Source: Pseudomonadota bacterium
Lineage (GTDB): Archaea > Thermoplasmatota > SW-10-69-26 > JACQPN01 > JAJPHT01
NCBI GenBank assembly: GCA_021325135.1
Contig: JAJPHT010000015.1
Location: 181,320-245,319 of the forward strand
Length of the DNA stretch: 64,000 nucleotides
Direction of reading: 5' to 3'
The stretch's first letter is position 1; every line of letters starts with the position of its first letter. Positions 1-8,406 of the stretch are shown here, piece after piece. Under the pieces are notes generated by a model. That model had not been told where the DNA came from. It did no database searches and saw nothing but the letters and a program-made list of their open reading frames with translations. The translations under genes and the position numbers were made by a program.

Positions 1-285
<285 letters not shown>

Positions 286-352
286 ACGGGCGGGAAGGGC
301 GCTTTCCGGAAAAGCCGCGCCGTCTTGCGAGCGGGCGCCCTTCTCGCCGAGC

Positions 353-613
353 ATGGCCCAGGCCACATCCCCCAAGCATGCGAGCAACACCCACGAGCAC
401 CGCACGGCCAAGATCATCGAGCTGGTCGGAAGCTCGCGGATCGGCTTCGAGGACGCCATCCGGAACGCCCTGGAGGACGCCCGCGAGAGCGTCCACGGCA
501 TCGGCGGCGCGCACGTGACCAACTACAGCGTCAAGTGCGAGGACGGGCACGTCATCGAGTGGAAGGTCGACCTCAAGATCGCCTTCGGGATCGACCGGAC
601 GAGCCCGCCGTGA
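353..613 (+). CDS. Dodecin family flavin-binding protein
   Basis: KIIELVGSS..FEDAIRNAL...WKVDLKIAF dodecin pattern, 86 aa. Confidence 0.88.
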   Translation: MAQATSPKHASNTHEHRTAKIIELVGSSRIGFEDAIRNALEDARESVHGIGGAHVTNYSVKCEDGHVIEWKVDLKIAFGIDRTSPP

Positions 614-650
614 ACAAGGGAGCGTCGTGGGGTTTCCTCATCGTCATCGT

Positions 651-770
651 CCGGCGGCGCCGCTACCCGCGGGGGGTTCGGGGGGCGCAGCCCCCTGACG
701 TTTCGATCGTCTGCTGGAACGGTTCCTTCACGTCAGGGGGGCGAGCCCCCCTGAAACCCCCCATTTTGGC
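651..770. repeat. Palindromic REP/MITE-like element, copy 1
   Basis: Arms GGGGGCGCAGCCCCCTGACGT / ACGTCAGGGGGGCGAGCCCCCC around a 28-bp core; similar copies at 46305-46418 and 53532-53637. Confidence 0.85.
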
Positions 771-849
771 CGCGCTGCGGCGCGGCCGGACAACGACCCC
801 CGCTTTGGGCCGCAGCCCTTTTGCCGCCCCGCCCGGATGGCCCGCCCCG

Positions 850-1959
850 ATGAACGTGGAGGACCGCCTGGCCCTCGTCCGCGAGGTGGGCGAGGAGATC
901 GTCACCGAGGACGAGCTTCGCGCCCTGCTGGAGGCGAAGCCGCACCCCGTGGCCTACGACGGCTTCGAGCCCAGCGGCACGATCCACGTCGCGCAGGGCA
1001 TCCTGCGGGCCATCAACGTCAACAAGATGACGCTGGCCGGCGTCCGGTTCAAGATGTTCGTCGCGGACTGGCACGCGTGGGCCAACAACAAGATGGGCGG
1101 CGACCTGGAGAAGATCCAGGCCACGGGCCGCTACATCGTGGAGATCTGGAAGGCCACCGGCATGGACCTGGACCACGTCCAGTTCGTGTGGGCCAGCGAG
1201 TTCGTGACCGACGAGGCGTACTGGAAGAAGGTCATGAACATCGCGCGGGACTCGTCGCTGGACCGCATCCTGCGCACGACGCAGATCATGGGCCGCAGCG
1301 ACAAGGACAAGCTCAGCGCCGCGCAGATCCTGTACCCGTGCATGCAGGCCGCGGACATCTTCCACCTGGGCGCTGACATCACCCAGCTTGGCATGGACCA
1401 GAGGAAGGTCAACATGCTGGCGCGCGAGGTGGGGCCCAAGCTCGGCTACTACAAGCCCATCGTCGTGAGCCACCACATGATGATGGGGCTCCAGGCGCCC
1501 CCCTCGGCCGAGATGGACCCCGTGGAGCGCGCCACCGCGATGAAGATGAGCAAGTCCAACCCCGACAGCGCCATCTTCATGTCCGACTCCGCGGAGCAGG
1601 TCACGAAGAAGCTCAACAAGGCCTTCTGCCCCGAGAAGGTCGTCGAGGAGAACCCCGTCCTCGAATACTTCCGCTATCTCATCTTCCAGCGCCACTGGGC
1701 GAACCACCGCACTGGGCGCCCCGGCGAGAGCCCCGTCACCATCGAGCGCCCCGAGAAGTTCGGCGGCAACGTCACCTACGAGACGTATGCGGCGCTCGCG
1801 GCGGACTACGCCGAGGGCAAGGTCCACCCGGCGGACCTCAAGAAGACCGCCGCGCGCTACCTCAACGAGATCCTCCAGCCCGTCAGGGACCACTTCGAGA
1901 AGGACGAGAAGGCCAAGGCCCTGAAGGCGCAGGTCGAGTCGTTCAAGGTGACGCGATAG
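850..1959 (+). CDS. tyrS: Tyrosine--tRNA ligase (archaeal/eukaryotic type)
   Basis: YDGFEPSG, HVAQG (HIGH), YPCMQAAD, GMDQRK, KMSKS; ATG 850 chosen over the upstream extension, which runs through the repeat. Confidence 0.96.
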   Translation: MNVEDRLALVREVGEEIVTEDELRALLEAKPHPVAYDGFEPSGTIHVAQGILRAINVNKMTLAGVRFKMFVADWHAWANNKMGGDLEKIQATGRYIVEIWKATGMDLDHVQFVWASEFVTDEAYWKKVMNIARDSSLDRILRTTQIMGRSDKDKLSAAQILYPCMQAADIFHLGADITQLGMDQRKVNMLAREVGPKLGYYKPIVVSHHMMMGLQAPPSAEMDPVERATAMKMSKSNPDSAIFMSDSAEQVTKKLNKAFCPEKVVEENPVLEYFRYLIFQRHWANHRTGRPGESPVTIERPEKFGGNVTYETYAALAADYAEGKVHPADLKKTAARYLNEILQPVRDHFEKDEKAKALKAQVESFKVTR

Positions 1960-2061
1960 CTTCGCGTGCGGAGCGCGAGGGGCGCATTGCGCCGCGGGCA
2001 GAACGGTTCCGTGCGAAAGCTCGGTTCTGAGGCCAAGGATTTGCAGCTGCGCGCGAGGGGA

Positions 2062-2685
2062 CTACGGGGTCGCCGATGCCGGTCGCCATTCGACAGGGCG
2101 CGACACCGTCCAAGTCAATTCCGCTGAAGGGGTGGAATCCTCGAATCGTGCCGAAACGACATACACGCCCGGCGGGATCGTGCGGCTCACCGGGACGCAG
2201 GTTGAGCCGGTCGCCGTCGCGTTCGGCGGCGTCGAGGTGCACGCGTAATCCTGGACTGTGCCGTTCCACGTGATGTTGAACGTGCGCAGTTCCCCCGGAG
2301 GAAGCTGGTCGGCGTCGAACGTGGGACATCCTCCGTGCATGATCGACCAGGCTGAGCTGTTCTCGAAAGCCGCGTCTGGACTGCGTTCGGAGACGTACTC
2401 GAATCCGCCCAGGCCAACGCGAAGGTCTGGCCCGCCTCCGCATCGCCCACCCGGCGTCAGGTTGAGGGGCTGGCTGCCACAGTTGAGCAGAGAGATGGAG
2501 AAGAGGACCCTGGCGCCGATCTGCCCTTGTGACGTCGATGGGGTGAGCCCAATTTGCGCGCACGACCCAGGAACGCGCGCCTGGCCCGCGGGATCTCCAG
2601 GCTGCGCGGATGGGGCCCGTCCAGTTCCGGAGCAGCCAGCGAGAATGGCTGCGACGATGACGACGATGACCACAAGAATGCGCAT
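2062..2685 (-). CDS. Lipoprotein with Ig-like domain resembling BsuPI proteinase-inhibitor domain
   Basis: Lipobox LAGC; FSISLLNCGSQPLNL...LPPGELRTFNITWNG...PPGVYVVSA. Confidence 0.55.
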   Translation of the reverse strand: MRILVVIVVIVAAILAGCSGTGRAPSAQPGDPAGQARVPGSCAQIGLTPSTSQGQIGARVLFSISLLNCGSQPLNLTPGGRCGGGPDLRVGLGGFEYVSERSPDAAFENSSAWSIMHGGCPTFDADQLPPGELRTFNITWNGTVQDYACTSTPPNATATGSTCVPVSRTIPPGVYVVSARFEDSTPSAELTWTVSRPVEWRPASATP

Positions 2686-2869
2686 GTCTATCCTCGTGAT
2701 GAGGTGGGGCCATTTTCCTCTTTCGGTGCGAGACGTGAGGCGGAACCGGGCAGCGGTCGCTCGGGTGGAGAATTATTTCGCGAAGCACCGCGTCGAAACG
2801 GTGCGCAAGCAAGATTGTTACTCGGTCACGAAGCGTTTATCCTCGCTCGGGCCAGTCGCTGCGCTTCGG

Positions 2870-3874
2870 ATGAACGTCAAAATCGTGGTTCTCTGCGCCA
2901 TAGCGCTCGCCGGGGCCCCTCTCTTCGCGCTCTCAGCGCCAGCCACAGCGTACCAACTTCCCGCCGTGAGCGATGGGCATACGCCCGTGCCCATGCCGGA
3001 TGGATCGGGACGCTTCGTGGTCCCTCCCCCGGGAACTCCCTTGCCGCTCGTGATGGCGGAGATGGTCCCCGCCAAAACGCAGCCGCATGGCATGTACGTG
3101 CCCGGCTCGAAGCCGGTGGACGCCAACATCCACTTCGTCGATCCCGAATGGGTCACCAACCCACAGGGGAGCGGCGCGCTGACCTTGACGTGCCAGAGTT
3201 TCCACGCAGGCTGGGACCAGAACGGCGCGACCACCCAGCGCGGCACGAGCATCTTCATCAAGATCGCGGGCCTGCCCTTCACGTTCACCTCGGACAATTG
3301 CAGCGGTGGCGACGTCTCGGCTTGGGAGGGCACGCCCCTATCTTGCTCGGGGTCCTGCTCCGCCTACATCCAGGCGGGATGGGAAGTCGATCCCGGCACG
3401 AGCACGGTTGCCCACTTCATGTGCGAGTCCCGCGCCGGCGGCGGGATCGACCACAAGATCGACACCACCAATCACGCGAACAACGAGCGCGTGAACTTCT
3501 GGACCACCTACACGACGCCTTCCGGCAAGCCCACGGGGTGGTACGCCTTCGCGTCCAACGCTCTCCTGACCTGCTCGGGTCTTGGTGGGGTCACGAGCTC
3601 CTCGTATTCCGGGCTGTTCGAAACGGAGGAGAACTACGCGACCGCGTCCACCTCCACGGACGGGCCCTTCAACTACCAGAGCTTCACCTACGGTTGCGGC
3701 AGCCTCGACTGGTGCAGCGTCGCCCAGATCATTGCGAAGTATCAGCCGAGCCAAACCGAGGCGTGCGCAGGGAACACGAAGGCAGGGACGCCCACCAACA
3801 CCGTCGGTGGAGACGTCACCATCGGCTCGGGCCAGACTTGCACGGTGGCGGGCACCACGTTCAACATTCCGTAG
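2870..3874 (+). CDS. Secreted Cys-containing protein, possible glutamic peptidase (G1/neprosin-like fold)
   Basis: Signal peptide, Pro-rich pro-region, SAWxG...YIQAGWEVDP motif; TTTAT ~30 nt upstream. Confidence 0.5.
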   Translation: MNVKIVVLCAIALAGAPLFALSAPATAYQLPAVSDGHTPVPMPDGSGRFVVPPPGTPLPLVMAEMVPAKTQPHGMYVPGSKPVDANIHFVDPEWVTNPQGSGALTLTCQSFHAGWDQNGATTQRGTSIFIKIAGLPFTFTSDNCSGGDVSAWEGTPLSCSGSCSAYIQAGWEVDPGTSTVAHFMCESRAGGGIDHKIDTTNHANNERVNFWTTYTTPSGKPTGWYAFASNALLTCSGLGGVTSSSYSGLFETEENYATASTSTDGPFNYQSFTYGCGSLDWCSVAQIIAKYQPSQTEACAGNTKAGTPTNTVGGDVTIGSGQTCTVAGTTFNIP

Positions 3875-3954
3875 GGCCAGCGTCAGCCGCGCCTGGTCCT
3901 GCCTCCGCCCCCGGTTGCCGAAACGGTTAATCCCGGCTGCGCGAATCGTTCGAC

Positions 3955-4386
3955 GTGCCCTCCTTCCTGCTGGTGGACGACAGCCCCACGGTCCTCCTGA
4001 CGCTGCGGCACGCCATCGTCCAGGCGCGGGGCGACGTGCGCATCCACGAGGCGACGGACGCGAGCCGCGCGCTGAAGCTCTTCGACGACGCGCGGCCCGA
4101 CGTCGTGATGATGGACATGGTCATGCCCGAGGACCAGGAGGAGCCCAAGGAGGAGGACGACGAGCCCGAGAGCGCGGGGCTCAAGCTCGTCCAGGAGATG
4201 CTGGCGCGCCGGCCCGGGACGACGATCCTCCTCGTGACGGGGCTTCCGCCCAGCCACCCCGACGTGACGGCGGCGGTGAGCCTGGGCGTCGCGGGCGTCA
4301 TGCGCAAGCCGGTGCGGCCCGACGACGTGAAGGCGGCGCTGGCGTCGCTCTTCCCCGACGCGGACTCGCTCTCCTACTTCGGCTGA
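3955..4386 (+). CDS. Stand-alone response regulator receiver (CheY-like)
   Basis: LLVDDS, MMDMVMP (phospho-Asp), VTG, RKP; acidic insert. Confidence 0.9.
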   Translation: MPSFLLVDDSPTVLLTLRHAIVQARGDVRIHEATDASRALKLFDDARPDVVMMDMVMPEDQEEPKEEDDEPESAGLKLVQEMLARRPGTTILLVTGLPPSHPDVTAAVSLGVAGVMRKPVRPDDVKAALASLFPDADSLSYFG

Positions 4387-4712
4387 TCGCGCAGCCAGGC
4401 GAGGCCGCTCTCGCGCTGCTTCTGCGCCCGCGCGAGCCGGTCGCGCCACGCGTCGGGCGGCGTCGCGTCGGGCATATGCTCCACCTCGCGCATGGTGGCG
4501 GAGAGGCCGGCGAGCCCGAAGAGGGCGGCGCTGGACTTCAGCGAGTGCGCGGCGCGGCGGGCCCGCTCCCACGAGCGCGTCTCGATGCCGAGGCGAAGCT
4601 CCTCCAGGTGCTTGCCCGACTCCGCCTCGAAGATCGCGCGGATCGGCTCGTAGTCCTCGCCCATCTGCTCGCGCAGCGTCGCCAGCACGGAGGGTTCCAG
4701 CTCGGGCTCCAC
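4374..4712 (-). CDS. Stand-alone Hpt domain protein
   Basis: ARRAAHSLKSSAALFG Hpt motif; GTG start inferred. Confidence 0.85.
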   Translation of the reverse strand: MEPELEPSVLATLREQMGEDYEPIRAIFEAESGKHLEELRLGIETRSWERARRAAHSLKSSAALFGLAGLSATMREVEHMPDATPPDAWRDRLARAQKQRESGLAWLRDQPK

Positions 4713-4848
4713 GGCCGCCGGAGGCGGTAACGGGGTTTGGGCTTTTCCGAGGGAGGGGCGTTCCCTCCTTGTCGGATGAAGACGGAAATCAGGGCCATCG
4801 GCTTCCGCCGGCCTTCGGGCCGTCGGGCCGATGGTCCTGGGAGAGCGC

Positions 4849-5394
4849 ATGAAAAGCGAGATCAGGACCATCGGCTTCGACGACGCCCCGTTCACGCGCC
4901 CCGACGGCCGCGTCCCCGTGGTGGGCGTCCACATGCGCGGCTCGACCCGCGTGGAGGGCATCCTGGCCACGGACGTGCTGCGCGACGGAGGCGACGCCAC
5001 GGCCCGCGTCGCGCGCTGCGTCGCCGGGTCGGGCCTGCGCGGCACCAAGGCGATCCTCCTGGACGGGGCCTCCTTCGCGGGGTTCAACGTCGTGGACCTC
5101 GACGGGCTGGCGGAGGAGACGGGCGTCCCCTGCATCGCGTTCACCAAGGGCGTGCCGGACTACGCGGCCATCCGCGCCGCGCTGGCCAACGTGCCCGACC
5201 CCGAGGCCAAGTGGGCGCTCATCGAGCGGCGCCGCACCGCGACGCTCCCCACGGCGACCTCGCCCATCACCGTCTCGTGGGCAGGGGATGTGGACCAGGC
5301 GCGCGTTGCGGAGATCCTTGCTCTCACGACGGCCCACGGCCTCGTGCCCGAGCCGCTGCGCGTGGCGCACCTCGTGGCCAGCGTCATGCGCTAG
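4849..5394 (+). CDS. DUF99 family protein (endonuclease V-like)
   Basis: IRTIGFDDAPF, DGGDAT, LLDGASFAGFNVVD, PEPLRVAHL. Confidence 0.9.
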   Translation: MKSEIRTIGFDDAPFTRPDGRVPVVGVHMRGSTRVEGILATDVLRDGGDATARVARCVAGSGLRGTKAILLDGASFAGFNVVDLDGLAEETGVPCIAFTKGVPDYAAIRAALANVPDPEAKWALIERRRTATLPTATSPITVSWAGDVDQARVAEILALTTAHGLVPEPLRVAHLVASVMR

Positions 5395-5977
5395 CGGGCG
5401 CCAGGGTGAGCGTGCCCTGCACCTTGAAGTCCACGCTGGAGAAGACCAGCGCGCCGCTGGGCGTCGGCGTGATGGCCAGGCTCCCGACGCTCAACGCGAT
5501 GGCGCCGTCGGCGGGCAGCGCCTTCAGGTCGACGTCCAGCGTCATGGGGCTGGGCGCCGACTTGTAATCATTGCACTGGAAGCTCGCGGCGTCCCCCTTC
5601 TTGCCGGTGCAGACCGAGGCGTAGAACGTCATGCCGGGCTGCTGCGCGCCGTACTCGATCTTCACGACGACGCGCCTGGGCACGCCCTTGGCGTCCACGA
5701 CGTGGAAGCTCTCGGAGCCCGTCTGGGAGAACTGGCACTGGTCCGCGGGCGTGCCGTAGGAGCAGGCCCCCGTGGGCGACGTGCCGCTGTACGAGATGGG
5801 GACGGGCGGCGGAGCCACGGGCGCCGTCTCGTTGGGCGTCGCGTTCGCCAGGGGCGCCGCGGCGGGCGAGAGGGTGGCGGTCTCCTTCGTCGCGGGCGTG
5901 GGCGTGGAGCCCCCGAGGCAGCCGGCGCCAAGGGATGCGGAGAGAAGGATGAGCGCGAGCAGCCGGGCCTGGATCAC
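5384..5977 (-). CDS. Hypothetical lipoprotein
   Basis: Hydrophobic leader ending GAGCLGG, T/P/A linker, beta-rich domain. Confidence 0.7.
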   Translation of the reverse strand: MIQARLLALILLSASLGAGCLGGSTPTPATKETATLSPAAAPLANATPNETAPVAPPPVPISYSGTSPTGACSYGTPADQCQFSQTGSESFHVVDAKGVPRRVVVKIEYGAQQPGMTFYASVCTGKKGDAASFQCNDYKSAPSPMTLDVDLKALPADGAIALSVGSLAITPTPSGALVFSSVDFKVQGTLTLAPASA

Positions 5978-6168
5978 GGGGTTCCCCGGCGGCGCGAGGC
6001 CAGGACGGGTCTTCACGTTTGTGGATGGGTCGTGCTCCGGCGATCGTCCGGCTGGGGGCGCCCGCCTGGCCGGATGAACAAAAGCCGAAAGTGATATCAC
6101 GATGGGGCCCGATCAAAGGGTGGCCGGGTCCACCCCCCCATCCCGTTTTTCCCGGCCTTTTCATGCCG

Positions 6169-7245
6169 TTACTTGATGGACGCCGCGAAGCCCGTCTCGC
6201 CCACGCGGCGCTTCAGCTCCACGATGACGTCCACGGGGGTGGGGTCCACGCTGCGCAGCGCGGCGAGGTAGACCGAGACGGCGTCCCCCGCGAGGCTGCT
6301 GGTGAGGAGGCGCTCGGGGAGCGTCTCGCCGCGGCTGTCGATCTGCACGACGCGCCCCCCCTTCTCCTGGATGAGGCGGCCGGTGAACGCGAAGCGCGCC
6401 TTGGCCTGCTCGTGCTCGCCCGCGTGGCGCAGGAAGACGGCGGTGAAGCGGTCGAGGTCCACGTCGCCGTCCCAGCCCACGAGCTCGTTGTGGTTCATCT
6501 CCGGCATGACGCCCCACCACGAGAGGACCTTGCCGTTCTCGTTGAGCTGGTTCGCGAAGCGGCGCGCGGCGGGGGCCAGGACGCCCGACGCGTAGACGGC
6601 CGCGACGCTCTCCTGGAGCGCGAGGGCGATGCGCTTGGCCTCGTTCTTGGCCGCGGGCACGTCGGGCGCCACCTCGACGACGGACTCGCGCAGCGTGCGC
6701 ACGGTCCTCTCCAGCGCGCGGCGCGTGGGCAGGACGCCCAGGTGGTCCAGGAGCGCGGCGCAGGTGCCGAAATTCGCGGGCAGCGCGGCGCGGGGCATCA
6801 TCTTCGCGCCCGAGATGCGCGCGAAGGGCGCGCCGTAGGACTTGGCGAGCTGCTCCAGGCGCGCGCCGGTGCTCACCGCGGCGAGCATGGCGCCCTGCTT
6901 GCGCGCCTGCGCGAAGGCGGCCAGCGTCTCCTCGGTGTTGCCGCTGTAGGAGACGGCCAGCACGAGCGTGTCCTTGTCGACCCAGCGCGGAAGCTCGTAG
7001 GCCCGGGAGACGAGCACGGGCGCCTTGCCCTCCTCGTCGGCCCACGCCGCGAGGTAGTCCCCGCTGATGGCGCTGCCGCCCATGCCCACGACGAGCACGC
7101 GCTGCGGCGCGCGGGGCAGGCTCCCCTCGAAGGTCTGCTGGAGCGCGGCGTCGAGCTGCTGGGGGTAGCTCAGCACGTGCCCCAGCATGTCCTCGCGGTC
7201 GGCCGCGCGCAGCGTCTCCTCGGGAATGTCCAGCATGTCGACCAT
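6169..7245 (-). CDS. Bifunctional phosphoglucose/phosphomannose isomerase
   Basis: GMGGSAISG, SYSGNTEET, PRAA, NENGK, PEMNHNEL, VDPTPV. Confidence 0.92.
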   Translation of the reverse strand: MVDMLDIPEETLRAADREDMLGHVLSYPQQLDAALQQTFEGSLPRAPQRVLVVGMGGSAISGDYLAAWADEEGKAPVLVSRAYELPRWVDKDTLVLAVSYSGNTEETLAAFAQARKQGAMLAAVSTGARLEQLAKSYGAPFARISGAKMMPRAALPANFGTCAALLDHLGVLPTRRALERTVRTLRESVVEVAPDVPAAKNEAKRIALALQESVAAVYASGVLAPAARRFANQLNENGKVLSWWGVMPEMNHNELVGWDGDVDLDRFTAVFLRHAGEHEQAKARFAFTGRLIQEKGGRVVQIDSRGETLPERLLTSSLAGDAVSVYLAALRSVDPTPVDVIVELKRRVGETGFAASIK

Positions 7246-7446
7246 CGGCCCCCACGCGGCGGCAAGGTCGTTAAGGTTTGGGGCTCGCGCCCCTTTCGGC
7301 GGGCCCTGCCGCGTCGCGCTATGCGCGCGCGGGCGCTGCGCAGCCCCGGCCCGCGGCGGGTCGGGAAGGCAGCACAGAGGCCCCGCCGCGGGCCGGCTCC
7401 AAAGGCTGATGCACGCCCAGTCCGTTGCGAGCGCGAGGCTGAACAC

Positions 7447-7659
7447 TTGCGCGTCCTCTTTGCTGCCCTGCTCGTGCTCGCGATCGCGACCTTCCTCGTG
7501 CCCCCGACGGCGCAGGCCACCGAGACGGTGACCGTCTGCTCCGAGTTCGAGCCCAACGGAGGCTGCGGCCTGGAGTACCTCTGCGTCAGCGCGTCGGGCG
7601 ACGTGAACCTGGGCCCCCGCTGCATCCGCGACCCCTGCACGAACCCCAACGTCTGCTGA
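7447..7659 (+). CDS. Secreted six-cysteine mini-protein (70 aa)
   Basis: TTG start, signal peptide ending AQA, mature C-x8-C-x5-C-x12-C-x4-C-x5-C. Confidence 0.7.
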   Translation: MRVLFAALLVLAIATFLVPPTAQATETVTVCSEFEPNGGCGLEYLCVSASGDVNLGPRCIRDPCTNPNVC

Positions 7660-7696
7660 GCAAGGCTCATGCCGGGGGGCCCGTCATGGGGCGGCG

Positions 7697-8344
7697 ATGC
7701 CCGGCCGCCTGACCCTCGGGCTCTACAACTCCTACGACCCGAGGCGCTTCCTGGAGGCCCACCGCCGCGCGCTGGTCCGCGCCGCGCCCCTGGCGCTGGC
7801 GTTCGACGCCAGCGTGGCGGCCTTCGGGTTCCCCTTCGCGGACCTCGCCGCGCACGGTGGGCGCACCTCGGAGAACCGCAGCCGCGGCTCCGAGGACAAG
7901 CGCGGCCAGGGGGAGCCCGTGGAGCTTCGCACGCCCGTGGAGATCGCCGAGTACGTCGCCGCGACGACCAGCGTGGCCGGCGCCAAGGGCGCGGAGGAGG
8001 GCGCCGAGCCCTTCGTCGCGCTGGCCCGCGCGGGGCGCTTCCACGTCTTCGACTTCCCCAAGAAGGGCTTCCCGCCGCAGCTTGGCGCGCTGGTCCTGGC
8101 CACCGAGCACGCGCAATGCCCCAAGGACACCAGCGCGCGGGCCATCGCGAGGGAGCTCGTGGACGGCCGCAGCCAGCTGGTCCTCTTCGGGCTCGGGCCC
8201 CACGGCACGCCTCCCGAGGTGCGCGAGGTCGCGCAGTGGGAGTTCGACGTGACCGGCGGCAACGTGGGGCTGGAGACCGCGACGGCCATGGGCGCCGTGG
8301 CCGCCGCCATCGCCGCGCACCGCGAGATGCTCCAACCCCGCTAG
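7697..8344 (+). CDS. DUF531 family protein (SPOUT-like)
   Basis: LTLGLYNSYD..EAHRRAL.RAAPLALAF; GLGPHG; LETATAMG. Confidence 0.85.
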   Translation: MPGRLTLGLYNSYDPRRFLEAHRRALVRAAPLALAFDASVAAFGFPFADLAAHGGRTSENRSRGSEDKRGQGEPVELRTPVEIAEYVAATTSVAGAKGAEEGAEPFVALARAGRFHVFDFPKKGFPPQLGALVLATEHAQCPKDTSARAIARELVDGRSQLVLFGLGPHGTPPEVREVAQWEFDVTGGNVGLETATAMGAVAAAIAAHREMLQPR

Positions 8345-8406
8345 AAGAGGGCCTGCGTAGGCGCGTGGCTTATCTACCCCCGAGAGGCGTTGGGCGCCGG
8401 GAGACC

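Noticed and set aside
325-849. N-terminal extension of TyrRS in the ORF track
   Set aside because: It overlaps dodecin and a palindromic repeat; the family-like sequence begins at ATG 850.
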